From a bacterium (GTDB lineage: Bacteria > Vulcanimicrobiota > Xenobia > Xenobiales > JADMJV01), in assembly GCA_018266105.1 (NCBI GenBank), contig JAFEBA010000042.1:22216-86215 (forward strand): DNA of 64,000 nt, read 5' to 3'. The notes beneath the pieces were generated by a model. It was given only the letters and a program-made list of their open reading frames with translations, was not told the origin of the DNA and searched no databases. Below are positions 55,789-64,000 of this stretch, in pieces. The translations under genes were made by a program, and so were the position numbers. Position 1 is the first letter of the stretch, and every line of letters starts with the position of its first letter.

Positions 55789-56441
55789 ATCCCACACCGG
55801 CAAACGGCCTCAGGCAGGAGCATTCTCCGCAACTGAGAAACTCTTCCTCAAGATCCGCTGAATCCAAGCTTCTTCTCGAGGGCGCCTGGCTTTGCCGAAA
55901 GAGGTGCCCCTTGTCCCACGAAGACCCTTCCTATGCCCCTGGTTCCGTTGTTTATGAGCCGTTCCTAGGCCTTTGTACAGTGGTCAGCTGCAATCTGGAA
56001 ACCATGTTGGGATGCCAACAGCTTTTCTATGAGATCCGGCCCCGTCAGGGAGCGGCCGTGGTCAAGGTTCCCGCCGCACAAATGGCCACCCGAGGCATTC
56101 GGCCCTTAATGTCGGCACAGCAAATCGAAGAGACTCTCAACCGGGCCCAAACCTCTCAGTGGGAGGAAACTGAAGAGAATTACTCACTTCGGCTGCGCCG
56201 CTGGAATCAACTGTTGCGCTCAGAACAGAAGTCCGGGGGCTATGACTTTCTGAGCGAGTGGCATCATCTGGTGGCTCATGGAGTCCGGCTAACCACCCAG
56301 GAGACGGAACTGCACGGAAAGATCCAACGTTCGCTGCTTCAGGAAATAGCCCAGGTCTTGCAAATTTCGCCGAACAAGGCCAGTCTGAGGCTGAGCCGTT
56401 GTTGGGATAACATCAAGAAACCCAAGGAAAAGAAGAAATAA
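55785..56441 (+). CDS. CarD/CdnL family RNA-polymerase-binding transcription regulator-like protein
   Basis: PGSVVYEPFLGLCTVVS...FYEIRP...VKVPAAQMATRGIRPLMS matches the CarD_CdnL_TRCF N-domain pattern. The TTG at 55785 overlaps the upstream TGA (TTGA). An alternative TTG at 55911 is preceded by AAGAGG. Confidence 0.7.
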   Translation: MNPTPANGLRQEHSPQLRNSSSRSAESKLLLEGAWLCRKRCPLSHEDPSYAPGSVVYEPFLGLCTVVSCNLETMLGCQQLFYEIRPRQGAAVVKVPAAQMATRGIRPLMSAQQIEETLNRAQTSQWEETEENYSLRLRRWNQLLRSEQKSGGYDFLSEWHHLVAHGVRLTTQETELHGKIQRSLLQEIAQVLQISPNKASLRLSRCWDNIKKPKEKKK

Positions 56442-56442
56442 A

Positions 56443-56787
56443 ATGCTAAGTATAAAAGCGCCGATGGCTCTTGAGGAGGTCCTTCGCCTCCTCGATATCA
56501 ATCAAAAAGAAGCTGAAGACCTTTTTCGAGAGGCCAAGATCCCCGCCAGTCACGAGCAGTTCTCGGCTCCCGACCTGGCACGGCTGGATATCGCCCTGGA
56601 GCGAGTCTGCCACAAGCTGGCCGGCCGAGATTGGCGACGGGCTGATGGAGCTGACCGCCAGGAGTTCGGTTCCAGCGAAATTTCCGATTACGAACTGTTT
56701 CATCGCAAAACGGGCCAGCGCCAGGTGCTAAAAACCTTCGGTGAGCTTTTACGCTGGGCCGAGGGCGAATACGGATGGAGATCCTAA
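56443..56787 (+). CDS. hypothetical protein (114 aa)
   Basis: ATG 1 nt after the CdnL-like stop. No motif. Confidence 0.5.
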   Translation: MLSIKAPMALEEVLRLLDINQKEAEDLFREAKIPASHEQFSAPDLARLDIALERVCHKLAGRDWRRADGADRQEFGSSEISDYELFHRKTGQRQVLKTFGELLRWAEGEYGWRS

Positions 56788-56790
56788 AAC

Positions 56791-56958
56791 GTGGGAAGTG
56801 CAAACCCTTCGTTCCAGAAGAGAGCGAAAGAACAAAAACGCAAAGAGAAGGCCGAAGCCAAGCGAGCCGTTCGGGATGCGAAAAAGACCGCCAAGACTTC
56901 GGACACTGTGTCTGAGGAAGAATCGCCGACACTCGTTTCCGATGTAAGGGTTGATTGA
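56791..56958 (+). CDS. possible small lysine-rich protein (55 aa), below the ORF-track length cutoff
   Basis: Hand translation from GTG 56791: VGSANPSFQKRAKEQKRKEKAEAKRAVRDAKKTAKTSDTVSEEESPTLVSDVRVD-stop. It starts 4 nt after the upstream stop. Confidence 0.3.
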   Translation: MGSANPSFQKRAKEQKRKEKAEAKRAVRDAKKTAKTSDTVSEEESPTLVSDVRVD

Positions 56959-57053
56959 AACTTCGGGAAGTGTTATGTTCGAGGCTCGTCGCTAGCGGTT
57001 TTTCAACCTTGTAATTCTAAAAGCCTCGAAAATACCTAACTCAAGGAGGCTTC

Positions 57054-57383
57054 ATGGCCTACTCGGATCTCACTCTTCACTGCAGCGACTGCGGTGACTC
57101 CTTTACCTTTACCGCCGGGGAGCAAGAATTTCACGCCCAAAAGGGCTTCAGCAACCGGCCGGGACGCTGCCCGTCCTGCCGCGCCGCCCGCAAAAAGAAC
57201 GCCGGGGACCAGTCCGGTCCGCGCCACGACCGTCAGGGTGGCGGCCAACGCTCGATGCACAGCGCTGTTTGTAGCGGCTGCGGACAGCAGACAGAAGTGC
57301 CCTTCCAGCCCACCCAAGATCGCCCGGTTTACTGCCGCAGCTGCTTTGCCACCCAGGGTGGCAAGCGCACCATGCGTCGTTAA
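57054..57383 (+). CDS. zinc-ribbon domain protein (zf-trcl-like, two CxxC...CxxC modules)
   Basis: ATG after AAGGAGG. LHCSDCGDSFTFTAGEQEFHAQKGFSNRPGRCPSCR and CSGCGQQTEVPFQPTQDRPVYCRSC. Confidence 0.75.
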   Translation: MAYSDLTLHCSDCGDSFTFTAGEQEFHAQKGFSNRPGRCPSCRAARKKNAGDQSGPRHDRQGGGQRSMHSAVCSGCGQQTEVPFQPTQDRPVYCRSCFATQGGKRTMRR

Positions 57384-57404
57384 TCGACTGTCCGACTCTC
57401 AAAT

Positions 57405-57438
57405 GAGAAGACCCTCGGTCAAGTCCGAGGGTCTTCTC
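57405..57438. terminator. bidirectional rho-independent terminator
   Basis: GAGAAGACCCTCGG-tcaagt-CCGAGGGTCTTCTC followed by TTCATTTC, between convergent genes. Confidence 0.8.
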
Positions 57439-57477
57439 TTCATTTCGGGCCCAACAACGGGCTCACTGGCATGCCTG

Positions 57478-57777
57478 CTAGCCTTTGTGAGCCTTTTCAC
57501 GACGGGTTTCCCAGCCCTTCTTGGCTGCCAGGGACCGACTTGCGTGACTCTGGCTGGCGCCCCCCTTGCGGCCCCCCTTGCGGCTTGGCGAAAGATCTTT
57601 GGCATGGCCTCGTCCGGAACCGCTCTGTTTGCCACCACCGTCCTGCTTATTGACGGTGGCCCAGGCGCGCGACTCCGCCTCCTGATGGGAAATCCCTCGG
57701 TCCTCGTATCCTTCGGCGATATGGTCGGCCTGTCGCTTCTGCTTGTCAGTGTACTTGTCTTTGTCTCCTTGGGGCAT
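57478..57777 (-). CDS. small basic stress-protein-like protein (KGG-type motifs)
   Basis: 99 aa, Lys/Gly/Arg-rich. SRKGGRKGG and AAKKGWETRR resemble KGG-repeat general stress proteins. Confidence 0.55.
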   Translation of the reverse strand: MPQGDKDKYTDKQKRQADHIAEGYEDRGISHQEAESRAWATVNKQDGGGKQSGSGRGHAKDLSPSRKGGRKGGASQSHASRSLAAKKGWETRREKAHKG

Positions 57778-57951
57778 GGTAGCGTCTCCCTTTCAGATGA
57801 GTATGGCTCCATTGTATCGAGCCCGCGCTTTACAACATCCCAGCGGCATAACAAGCCAACCGGCACACTGATCCTGGTTGTCCTAGAAGCCTCGTCGTCT
57901 CGGGGCTGAGCTTGTTCACCGCCGGGAAGCGAGCCGACTGGTTGAACGAAG

Positions 57952-59421
57952 CTATGAGTTCTGTCTCAGGGTCAAAATCAGTAAAGCCAACAGTCCTAAC
58001 GCCAGTCCCGCTCGACCGAAGAGGCTCACCACCGAGGCGTAATGATCGCTGAGATTCAACACGCGGGCTGCCCCCAGGATCCTGGACCAGTCGTTGTCGG
58101 CGTGACCCGGCAGCAATAACTTCATCAGTCGAGCGTCGCGGATCAGTGCCGCCTGTCCGGCCAAGTAAGCCCAAAACCAGATCCAGGTCGCGCATGCCGC
58201 CAAAAAGCGCCTTGCAACCACAAAGAGCACACACAGACCGCCGGCCACCGCGGCCGGCAAGAGAATTCCGCCCCAATGTGCCGGCAATTCCCCTCCGAAG
58301 GCTCCGAGCAAGTGGCCGAGAAAATCCAGGGGCAGACTGATAAAGTCAAAGAAACCCAGAGAATTAGGCTGCAAAAAGTAGCTCAAGCTCAAAAACGCCA
58401 GCAGCAGTGCGGCGATGATGCGCAGCGTCTGTGTCACCCCCTTCTCAGCCTGACTGGAACGCAAAATGGTCGAATCGGCCGCCAGCAGGTCTTCAGTCGA
58501 GATGCGCGCGGAGGGGGACTCCGGATACTGAATATCCTCAACCTTGAAATGCGCAATCAGTGGCTCGGATTCGGCCTGGGCTGACTTGTCCACCATCCCC
58601 TGCTCGGCCCTCTCCAGAGCCGCCTCGACCTCGCCAACGCTGCGGTAGCGGGCTTCCTTCTTGAGGGCCAGCATCCGGGTTAGCACCGCTTCCAGGGGCC
58701 GAGAAATCTCGGGATTGTGCTGTCGAGGAGAGGTCAGGGGGGTGCCGCTGCTGATGCGTGTCACCGGGCTTTCGGGAATCTTGCGAGTCAGCATGGCGTA
58801 GAGAGTGGCACCCAGCGCATAGATGTCGGAGCGCTCGTCGGTGCCCCCCTCCTCTCCGTATTGCTCCAGAGGTGCGAAACCGGTCGAGCCCATGCCCTTC
58901 AGAAAGGTGGTGGTCTCTTTGCCTTCTACCAGGAACCGAGCGATCCCAAAATCGATCAGACGCACCTGGAGTTCGCGATCGATCATGATGTTGCTGGGCT
59001 TCAAGTCTCGAAATAGAATCGGTGGCCGATGCGCATGCAAGGTTCCCAGCACCGAACAAAGCTGTCGGGCCCAATTGAGTCCCTGTGCCTGGGAGATTTT
59101 GCGCTTGCTGCGGAGCCAGAAGGCCAGGGTATCGCCCTGAATGTATTCCATGGCGATGTAAAGGCGCTCGTTCCAGGCGAAGGATTCGTAGACCTGAACC
59201 AGGGCGGGGTGTTGCAGTGAGGCCAGAATGGCGGCCTCCCGCTCGAACTGGCGAACGGCCGCCTGATTCCAGGCCGGAATGCTCAATTCTTTGAGCGCCA
59301 CCGGCTGTTCTTGCAAATTCTGAGCCAGGTAAACCGTGCCCATGCCGCCCTGCCCGAGCACGGACATAATCAGATAACGCTCTGCCAGTATGGTGCCTTC
59401 CGCCAGTGTAGGTAAGCTCAT
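57952..59421 (-). CDS. Hanks-type Ser/Thr protein kinase with C-terminal multi-TM region
   Basis: GQGGMGTVY (G-loop), VALKEL (Lys), FRDLKPSNIMI (catalytic loop), IDFGIAR (DFG), GFAPLEQ. Four to five C-terminal hydrophobic helices. Confidence 0.9.
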   Translation of the reverse strand: MSLPTLAEGTILAERYLIMSVLGQGGMGTVYLAQNLQEQPVALKELSIPAWNQAAVRQFEREAAILASLQHPALVQVYESFAWNERLYIAMEYIQGDTLAFWLRSKRKISQAQGLNWARQLCSVLGTLHAHRPPILFRDLKPSNIMIDRELQVRLIDFGIARFLVEGKETTTFLKGMGSTGFAPLEQYGEEGGTDERSDIYALGATLYAMLTRKIPESPVTRISSGTPLTSPRQHNPEISRPLEAVLTRMLALKKEARYRSVGEVEAALERAEQGMVDKSAQAESEPLIAHFKVEDIQYPESPSARISTEDLLAADSTILRSSQAEKGVTQTLRIIAALLLAFLSLSYFLQPNSLGFFDFISLPLDFLGHLLGAFGGELPAHWGGILLPAAVAGGLCVLFVVARRFLAACATWIWFWAYLAGQAALIRDARLMKLLLPGHADNDWSRILGAARVLNLSDHYASVVSLFGRAGLALGLLALLILTLRQNS

Positions 59422-59646
59422 CCATCTCTAGATTCGTCGTACAGGTCTCACAATCCGTCTCATCGAGTACAAGGATACTGAACTGGACGTCATTGCCGAA
59501 CCCGCTGCGGCCGACCTCGCCTACCTTGAGTTCCGGTACCGTCCCGGCTGGCAGGCAGCACTGAGTGTGCCACAAGACTGGAGTTCAGCAACGGACCTGA
59601 GCTGCTCCTTTTCTGGAAGGTGGCGACAGCTTCAATTGCTCATGAA

Positions 59647-59677
59647 GAAAGGGGATAGGCAATGCCTATCCCCTTTC
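59647..59677 (-). terminator. hairpin after the beta-helix lipoprotein gene
   Basis: GAAAGGGGATAGGC-aat-GCCTATCCCCTTTC, about 40 nt after the stop at 59716. Confidence 0.55.
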
Positions 59678-59715
59678 TTGCCAGAGATGCAGTTCCGAGA
59701 GTCGCGCGCCTTGGC

Positions 59716-61149
59716 TTAAAAAGCGAAGGGCGAGGAGGTCAGGAAAGGAGTCGTCTGGATATTGTAGGTCCCCGCTCCATTGGTGTTGACCCGGGGATTG
59801 TTGCCGGCGCTGGCCGGTCCGGTAGCCGAGTTGAAGAAGTTGTTGCGTGCGTCAAGGTTGCCGACATCGCCGGCACCAGCCGTATACACGGTCAGGCTGG
59901 CGGAATTATCGAAGGAATTGCCGCTGGCCACAACCGTATTGCCGGGGTTAAGCAGACCAATCTGCTCGGTGGTTTGATTCCGAAAACCGTTTCCAGTAAT
60001 CTGCAGATCCTGCACATTGTCGCCGGAGATGCCCACCGTGTTTCCGATAAAGGAATTGCCGGTGATCCGGCCGCCCGTATAGGGAGTGGCGGTCGAAGAG
60101 CCCTGCAGGTAAATGCCGGTCGCAAAGCCCTGGAACAGACTGCTCTGCACCATCAGATTGCCGTTGGTGGTTCCGACGGCATTGATAATGCCGCGGAAGT
60201 TTCCGGGTGCTCCGGTGCGAACGAAGCGGTCCTCACTGGCGGTGAAGTTGCTGGCGCCTGAACGCAAATAGACGCCGGCGGCTTCATTGATGCCCGCGTC
60301 CACCCCCTGGGAAATGGTCACACCTCGCAAGGCCACGTTGGGGCTGGCCACGTCCAGACGGTTGAAGACGGCCTCAGCCGCTCGATTGGCCGGAGAAACA
60401 CCGGCCGAGTTGCCAGCATTCGGTCCCACCAGCTGCAGCCCGCTGAGGTCGGGATCATTGACAATGTTGACCGACTCATTGTAGGTGCCGGCGGGGATCA
60501 CGATGCTCGACCCCTGGGCTCCATTGGTGGCCGCAATCTGATCCACGGCCTGCTGAATGGTGGTCACACCGCCCTGGCCGACTGTAATGGAGCGTGCCGC
60601 GACGCCGCCCACGTTCACGATACGGAACACATTCTGAGAATTTAAGCCGGTCCCGTCCGAAAGCGAAACCGTGACCGGAGTGGGACCGAACGCCGAGGTC
60701 CCGTCCGAAGCGAAGGTCACCCCTCGCAGATACTGCTGAATAGCGGCCGGAGTCGCGTTCCCATTAAGAGCCACGGTGAGCGTGCCAGTACCGTTACCGG
60801 TGACAGTTCCGATGCTGGGATTGGCCGGGCCGTTCAGACTGAATCCCTGCCCACTACCAATTCCTGCCCGAATGGTCAGGGTGCCACCGTTCAGAGCCGC
60901 TGTATCGGCGTCGCTAACGGTCGCGCCCGGTGCGAAAGCAGTGGCGGCGGAGGCTCGGGTGGTGGCCAAAATTCCGGTATCCAAAGTTACGACGGGTGCG
61001 GAAGGATTGGAGGGTTGGCCGTTTGGCGAGCTATTGTTGATAATGGGATAATTGTTTGGATTACCCTTGTCAAACTCGTCATTGTCATTACCGCAACCGG
61101 CAATCAGAATCGCCGCGACTAAACTGGCGCCAAAAATCTTAGACTTCAT
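59716..61149 (-). CDS. lipoprotein with right-handed parallel beta-helix repeats
   Basis: ATG after AGGAGG. Lipobox AAILIAG|CGN. Repetitive Gly/Asn/Thr/Val-rich units (GNSFIGNTVGISGDNV, ITGNGFRNQT, ASGNSFDNSA). Confidence 0.75.
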   Translation of the reverse strand: MKSKIFGASLVAAILIAGCGNDNDEFDKGNPNNYPIINNSSPNGQPSNPSAPVVTLDTGILATTRASAATAFAPGATVSDADTAALNGGTLTIRAGIGSGQGFSLNGPANPSIGTVTGNGTGTLTVALNGNATPAAIQQYLRGVTFASDGTSAFGPTPVTVSLSDGTGLNSQNVFRIVNVGGVAARSITVGQGGVTTIQQAVDQIAATNGAQGSSIVIPAGTYNESVNIVNDPDLSGLQLVGPNAGNSAGVSPANRAAEAVFNRLDVASPNVALRGVTISQGVDAGINEAAGVYLRSGASNFTASEDRFVRTGAPGNFRGIINAVGTTNGNLMVQSSLFQGFATGIYLQGSSTATPYTGGRITGNSFIGNTVGISGDNVQDLQITGNGFRNQTTEQIGLLNPGNTVVASGNSFDNSASLTVYTAGAGDVGNLDARNNFFNSATGPASAGNNPRVNTNGAGTYNIQTTPFLTSSPFAF

Positions 61150-61278
61150 AACTGAGCCTCCTAAGGCTGTATAAGGTGGCGCCAACTTATATCTTTTAGG
61201 AGAAAGAAAATATCAATCTACGTATTCTAATTGAACGACGATAGGGGCTTGACAAAATTTAATTAGCCCTCAGTCGCC

Positions 61279-61560
61279 CTAAACGCGCTGACGTTTGTAG
61301 CCCGCGTAAACCATTCCAGCCGAACTGGCCGCAAAGATGGCCAGCCCAATTCCGCCCTGGTGAGCCAGGACCATCGACGCGCCCACCACCTGTCCTCCGA
61401 AGGAAGCCCATTCCAGGCTTCTCCACATCTTCTTTTGAGTAGACCGAATCTGGGCCTGGTCCTGAGGGTCGGGCCCCTGGGGTGGAGGTGAAGGGGGCGT
61501 GGAAGGGCGAGGGCTGGGGGTGCGCCCTGAGGTGGTGGGAGGCAGGTATGAAATTCGCAT
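61279..61560 (-). CDS. small Pro-rich protein with C-terminal TM helices (93 aa)
   Basis: ATG ORF with a Pro-rich N-half, then WASFGGQVVGASMVLAHQGGIGLAIFAASSAGMVYAG. Confidence 0.45.
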   Translation of the reverse strand: MRISYLPPTTSGRTPSPRPSTPPSPPPQGPDPQDQAQIRSTQKKMWRSLEWASFGGQVVGASMVLAHQGGIGLAIFAASSAGMVYAGYKRQRV

Positions 61561-61593
61561 AGCTCAGACTAACGCCGAGTTCGGAAAAAAAGC

Positions 61594-62313
61594 TTAAGCG
61601 TGGAACCACTCCGCGAAGTGCACCAGGCTGGGAAAGATCAGGTCGGGCGAGACCTCCACGTCCTCATCCTCGAATGGCTCATGACGGCAGACCCAGCAAC
61701 CCACCAAACCGGCCTGCTGGGCGCCATAGATATCGCGGAAGGGACTGTCGCCAATGAAGACGGCTTGCTCGGCTGGAACAGAAAGTTGTTCCAGAGCCCG
61801 TTGAAACAGACGCCGATCCGGCTTGCGATAGCCGTAGTCGCTAGAAATAATCCGAACTGGAAAGTAGGTGTCCAAGCCCAGCCGCTTCATCTCGGGCTCC
61901 AACCAGAAGCGCTGAGCGTCCGAAACCAGAGCCAAAGGAATCCCCCGGAGCGCCTCCAGAGCCGGCAGGCTGTCGGGAAAGAGCTGGACCCGGCACATCG
62001 ACAAGGAGCGAAACAGCTGCGCAAGCAAAATCGCCTCTCGACCTGGTCTGCGCCTCCGTTGCGGGCTGAGGAAACTTTGAAAGATGGCAGCCACGTCAAT
62101 TTCAGGATAGATCTCCGCCGACCGAGCCTGCTGCTCCCGCACTTGCTGGCTGAAGGCGGAGTTGAGAGAGCTGGCGTCGGTTAGCACACCGTGGTACGTG
62201 AGATATTGACTCATCTGCTCCCAAACGTAGGGTGCGTGCTCATCCGTTCGGATGTCCACGAGCGTGTTGTAGAGGTCGAAGAGTACGGCTGAAGGTTTGG
62301 TAGGCCTGGCCAT
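61594..62313 (-). CDS. HAD family hydrolase (subfamily IA / dehalogenase-like)
   Basis: Motif I VLFDLYNTLVD, LVSDA, FIGDSPFRDI. The ATG overlaps the upstream stop (TAATG). Confidence 0.8.
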   Translation of the reverse strand: MARPTKPSAVLFDLYNTLVDIRTDEHAPYVWEQMSQYLTYHGVLTDASSLNSAFSQQVREQQARSAEIYPEIDVAAIFQSFLSPQRRRRPGREAILLAQLFRSLSMCRVQLFPDSLPALEALRGIPLALVSDAQRFWLEPEMKRLGLDTYFPVRIISSDYGYRKPDRRLFQRALEQLSVPAEQAVFIGDSPFRDIYGAQQAGLVGCWVCRHEPFEDEDVEVSPDLIFPSLVHFAEWFHA

Positions 62314-64000
62314 TAGAGCAAATCGTCTAACCGAATCGGAAGATGGCGCACGCGCCGACCCGTCGCGTGAAAAACGGCGTTGGCGATCGCCGCTGCCACC
62401 CCGATCACGCCGATCTCCCCTAGCCCTTTAATGCCCAGCGGGTTGACGATTTCGTCCTGCTCTTCCACGAACACAACTTCTAGATGGCGAATATCGGCCT
62501 GCACGGGGATGTGATATTCGGCCAGGTTATGATTTATAAAGCGTCCCAGCTCAAGATCTAGCTCGGACTTTTCATGCAGCGCGCTACTGATGCCCCAGAC
62601 CATTCCGCCCAAGAGCTGATTTCGAGAGGTCTTTGGGTTCAGGATTCTGCCAGCGGCAACCGCCGTAACCATTCGTGTGACTTCAATGGTTCCCAGCTCT
62701 TCATCAACCTGCACCTCGGCAAAAACGGCTGAATGAGTGGCCAGACTATAGCCTCTCTGCTTGAGAAGATTGGGTAAGACCTTGACCTCTTCTTCCAGCA
62801 CCGAGACCCCTTGCTGGCGCAGAATCTGCGCGTAGCTGAGAGCCGCCTCCGGGTGGCCCGGCAAACCCAGGCGTCCATCCCGAAACTCGACCTCGGCCTG
62901 CGAACGAGCATAGAAGGGCGAGTTCGGCATCTTCTGAGCCAGCTTGAAGAGTTGGTCGCGCAGGCCATCGCAGGCGGCCTTAATGGCGCTCCCCACCGAG
63001 GCCACCGTGAACGAGCCCCCCTGCAAGGGAGCTTCGGGCAAGGAGGTATCACCGAGCTTGAACTCCACCGATTCCAGGCTCAAGCCCATTACGTCGGCGG
63101 CGATCTGGGTCATCACCGTGTAAGTTCCGGTGCCGATGTCCGTCGTCGCGCTGGCCACCTCCAGTCGACCGTCCAGATGCAGACGGGCACGGGCACTGGC
63201 CGGCACCTGCATGGCATCCCAGACACCGGTGGCCATACCCCAGCCCACCAACTTGGACCCCTCACGCCGGCCCCGTGGTTCACTCCAGCGCTGCTCCCAG
63301 CCGAAGCGACCGGCAGCCTGCTGGTAGCAGGCTCGCAGTTCCTTGCTGGAATAGGGATGGCCAGTCAGTCCGTCCTTCTCGCCGTAGTTAACCAGCCTCA
63401 ACTGCAGAGGATCCATCCCGAGTTCGTGGGCGAGTTCGTCCATCGCGGACTCAATGGCAAAGAGACCAGTGACCGCCCCCGGAGCACGCATGTCCAGAGG
63501 GGTGTAGACATCCAGAGGAACCACACGGTGATTCAGGCTGTAGTTCGGGCAGGGATAGAGGCGCGCAGACCAGGTCACCACATTCTCAACGTAGCTTTCA
63601 AATTTGGAAGTCTCCGCCACGGCCTCATGGACCAAAGAAACCAGCTTGCCGTCCCGTTCCGCCCCCAGAGCGACATGCTGCCAGGTGTAGGGACGATGGC
63701 CAAACGTAAACATTTGCTGGCGACTCAGCACGACTCGAACCGATCGTTTCAACTCAAGGGCGGCCATGGCCGCCAGCACCAGATGATACTGGGGTCTGAG
63801 GCCAGAACCAAAAGCGCCGCCCACAAACGGAGCGAGCACCCGAACCCGGTCCTTCTTCAAACCCAACACCGCGCTGAGGAATGCCTGTTCCCCCACCGGC
63901 CCCTGAGTCTTAGAGTAGACTGTGAGACTCCCATCTTCCTCATAAAAAACCGTGGCCGCGTGGGGCTCCATGGGGTTGTGATGCTCAGCGCTGACCAGGT
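62313..64000 (-). CDS. xanthine dehydrogenase / aldehyde oxidase family molybdopterin-binding subunit, C-terminal part; 5' end lies outside the window
   Basis: The frame stays open to the window edge (…LVSAEHHNPMEPHA…). GGAFGSG, TTDIGTGTYTVMTQI and GLGEIGVIGVAAAIANAVFHATG are typical of the Mo-binding subunit. Confidence 0.85.
   Translation of the reverse strand, partial: LVSAEHHNPMEPHAATVFYEEDGSLTVYSKTQGPVGEQAFLSAVLGLKKDRVRVLAPFVGGAFGSGLRPQYHLVLAAMAALELKRSVRVVLSRQQMFTFGHRPYTWQHVALGAERDGKLVSLVHEAVAETSKFESYVENVVTWSARLYPCPNYSLNHRVVPLDVYTPLDMRAPGAVTGLFAIESAMDELAHELGMDPLQLRLVNYGEKDGLTGHPYSSKELRACYQQAAGRFGWEQRWSEPRGRREGSKLVGWGMATGVWDAMQVPASARARLHLDGRLEVASATTDIGTGTYTVMTQIAADVMGLSLESVEFKLGDTSLPEAPLQGGSFTVASVGSAIKAACDGLRDQLFKLAQKMPNSPFYARSQAEVEFRDGRLGLPGHPEAALSYAQILRQQGVSVLEEEVKVLPNLLKQRGYSLATHSAVFAEVQVDEELGTIEVTRMVTAVAAGRILNPKTSRNQLLGGMVWGISSALHEKSELDLELGRFINHNLAEYHIPVQADIRHLEVVFVEEQDEIVNPLGIKGLGEIGVIGVAAAIANAVFHATGRRVRHLPIRLDDLL

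Noticed and set aside
58538-59421. The bulk of the 345-aa minus-strand ORF overlapping the Ser/Thr kinase in another frame
   Set aside because: The kinase frame carries all Hanks motifs, while the alternative frame is Arg/Gly/Pro-rich shadow. Only its first ~50 codons upstream of the kinase are kept as a low-interest observation.
1-64000. Search by eye for rRNA, tRNA, CRISPR repeats, transposases, integrases, phage genes or long direct/inverted DNA repeats
   Set aside because: I found none. Intergenic regions are short (mostly under 250 nt) and contain only promoters and hairpin terminators. A tRNAscan/Infernal/repeat-finder run is needed to be definitive.

Overview
GC-rich bacterial chromosomal segment carrying about 65 protein-coding genes on both strands. 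Many use GTG/TTG starts and 1-4 nt start/stop overlaps (ATGA, TAATG, TTGA). By eye I found no rRNA, tRNA, CRISPR array, transposase or integrase.

Ordinary metabolic genes are present: S9 peptidase, RIC di-iron protein, MoeZ-type adenylyl/sulfurtransferase, AsnB, SDR, HAD and a xanthine-dehydrogenase-family Mo subunit. They are interleaved with many envelope, signalling and eukaryote-like or effector-like genes:
- two ankyrin-repeat proteins
- a clostripain-like C11 protease
- a LysM/J-domain protein
- a CX5R phosphatase
- a Hanks-type Ser/Thr kinase
- two hybrid histidine kinases
- two paralogous NlpC/P60 peptidases
- a glycan-modification cluster (GT2, GT-C-like protein, AsnB, two methyltransferases)
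- a DUF1111 di-haem protein coupled to DUF2330

Three loci deserve the most attention.
1. 48783-56441: a co-directional, translationally coupled operon. It encodes an atypical kinase-fold protein, a 764-aa protein with a CYTH-like C-terminus, a catalase-related haemoprotein, a COX/alpha-dioxygenase-type haem dioxygenase and a CdnL/CarD-like regulator. This looks like an oxylipin-generating module embedded in an undescribed multi-enzyme system.
2. 1154-3475: an orphan FlhA/SctV cytoplasmic domain. It sits on a non-FHIPEP four-helix membrane scaffold that carries a textbook C2H2 zinc finger.
3. Window-wide: proteins that lack Sec or lipoprotein signals but share Ser/Pro/Gln-rich, acid-free N-termini with Ile at positions 2-6, resembling type III export signals.

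All functional calls rest on motifs read from the supplied translations. No database search was run.
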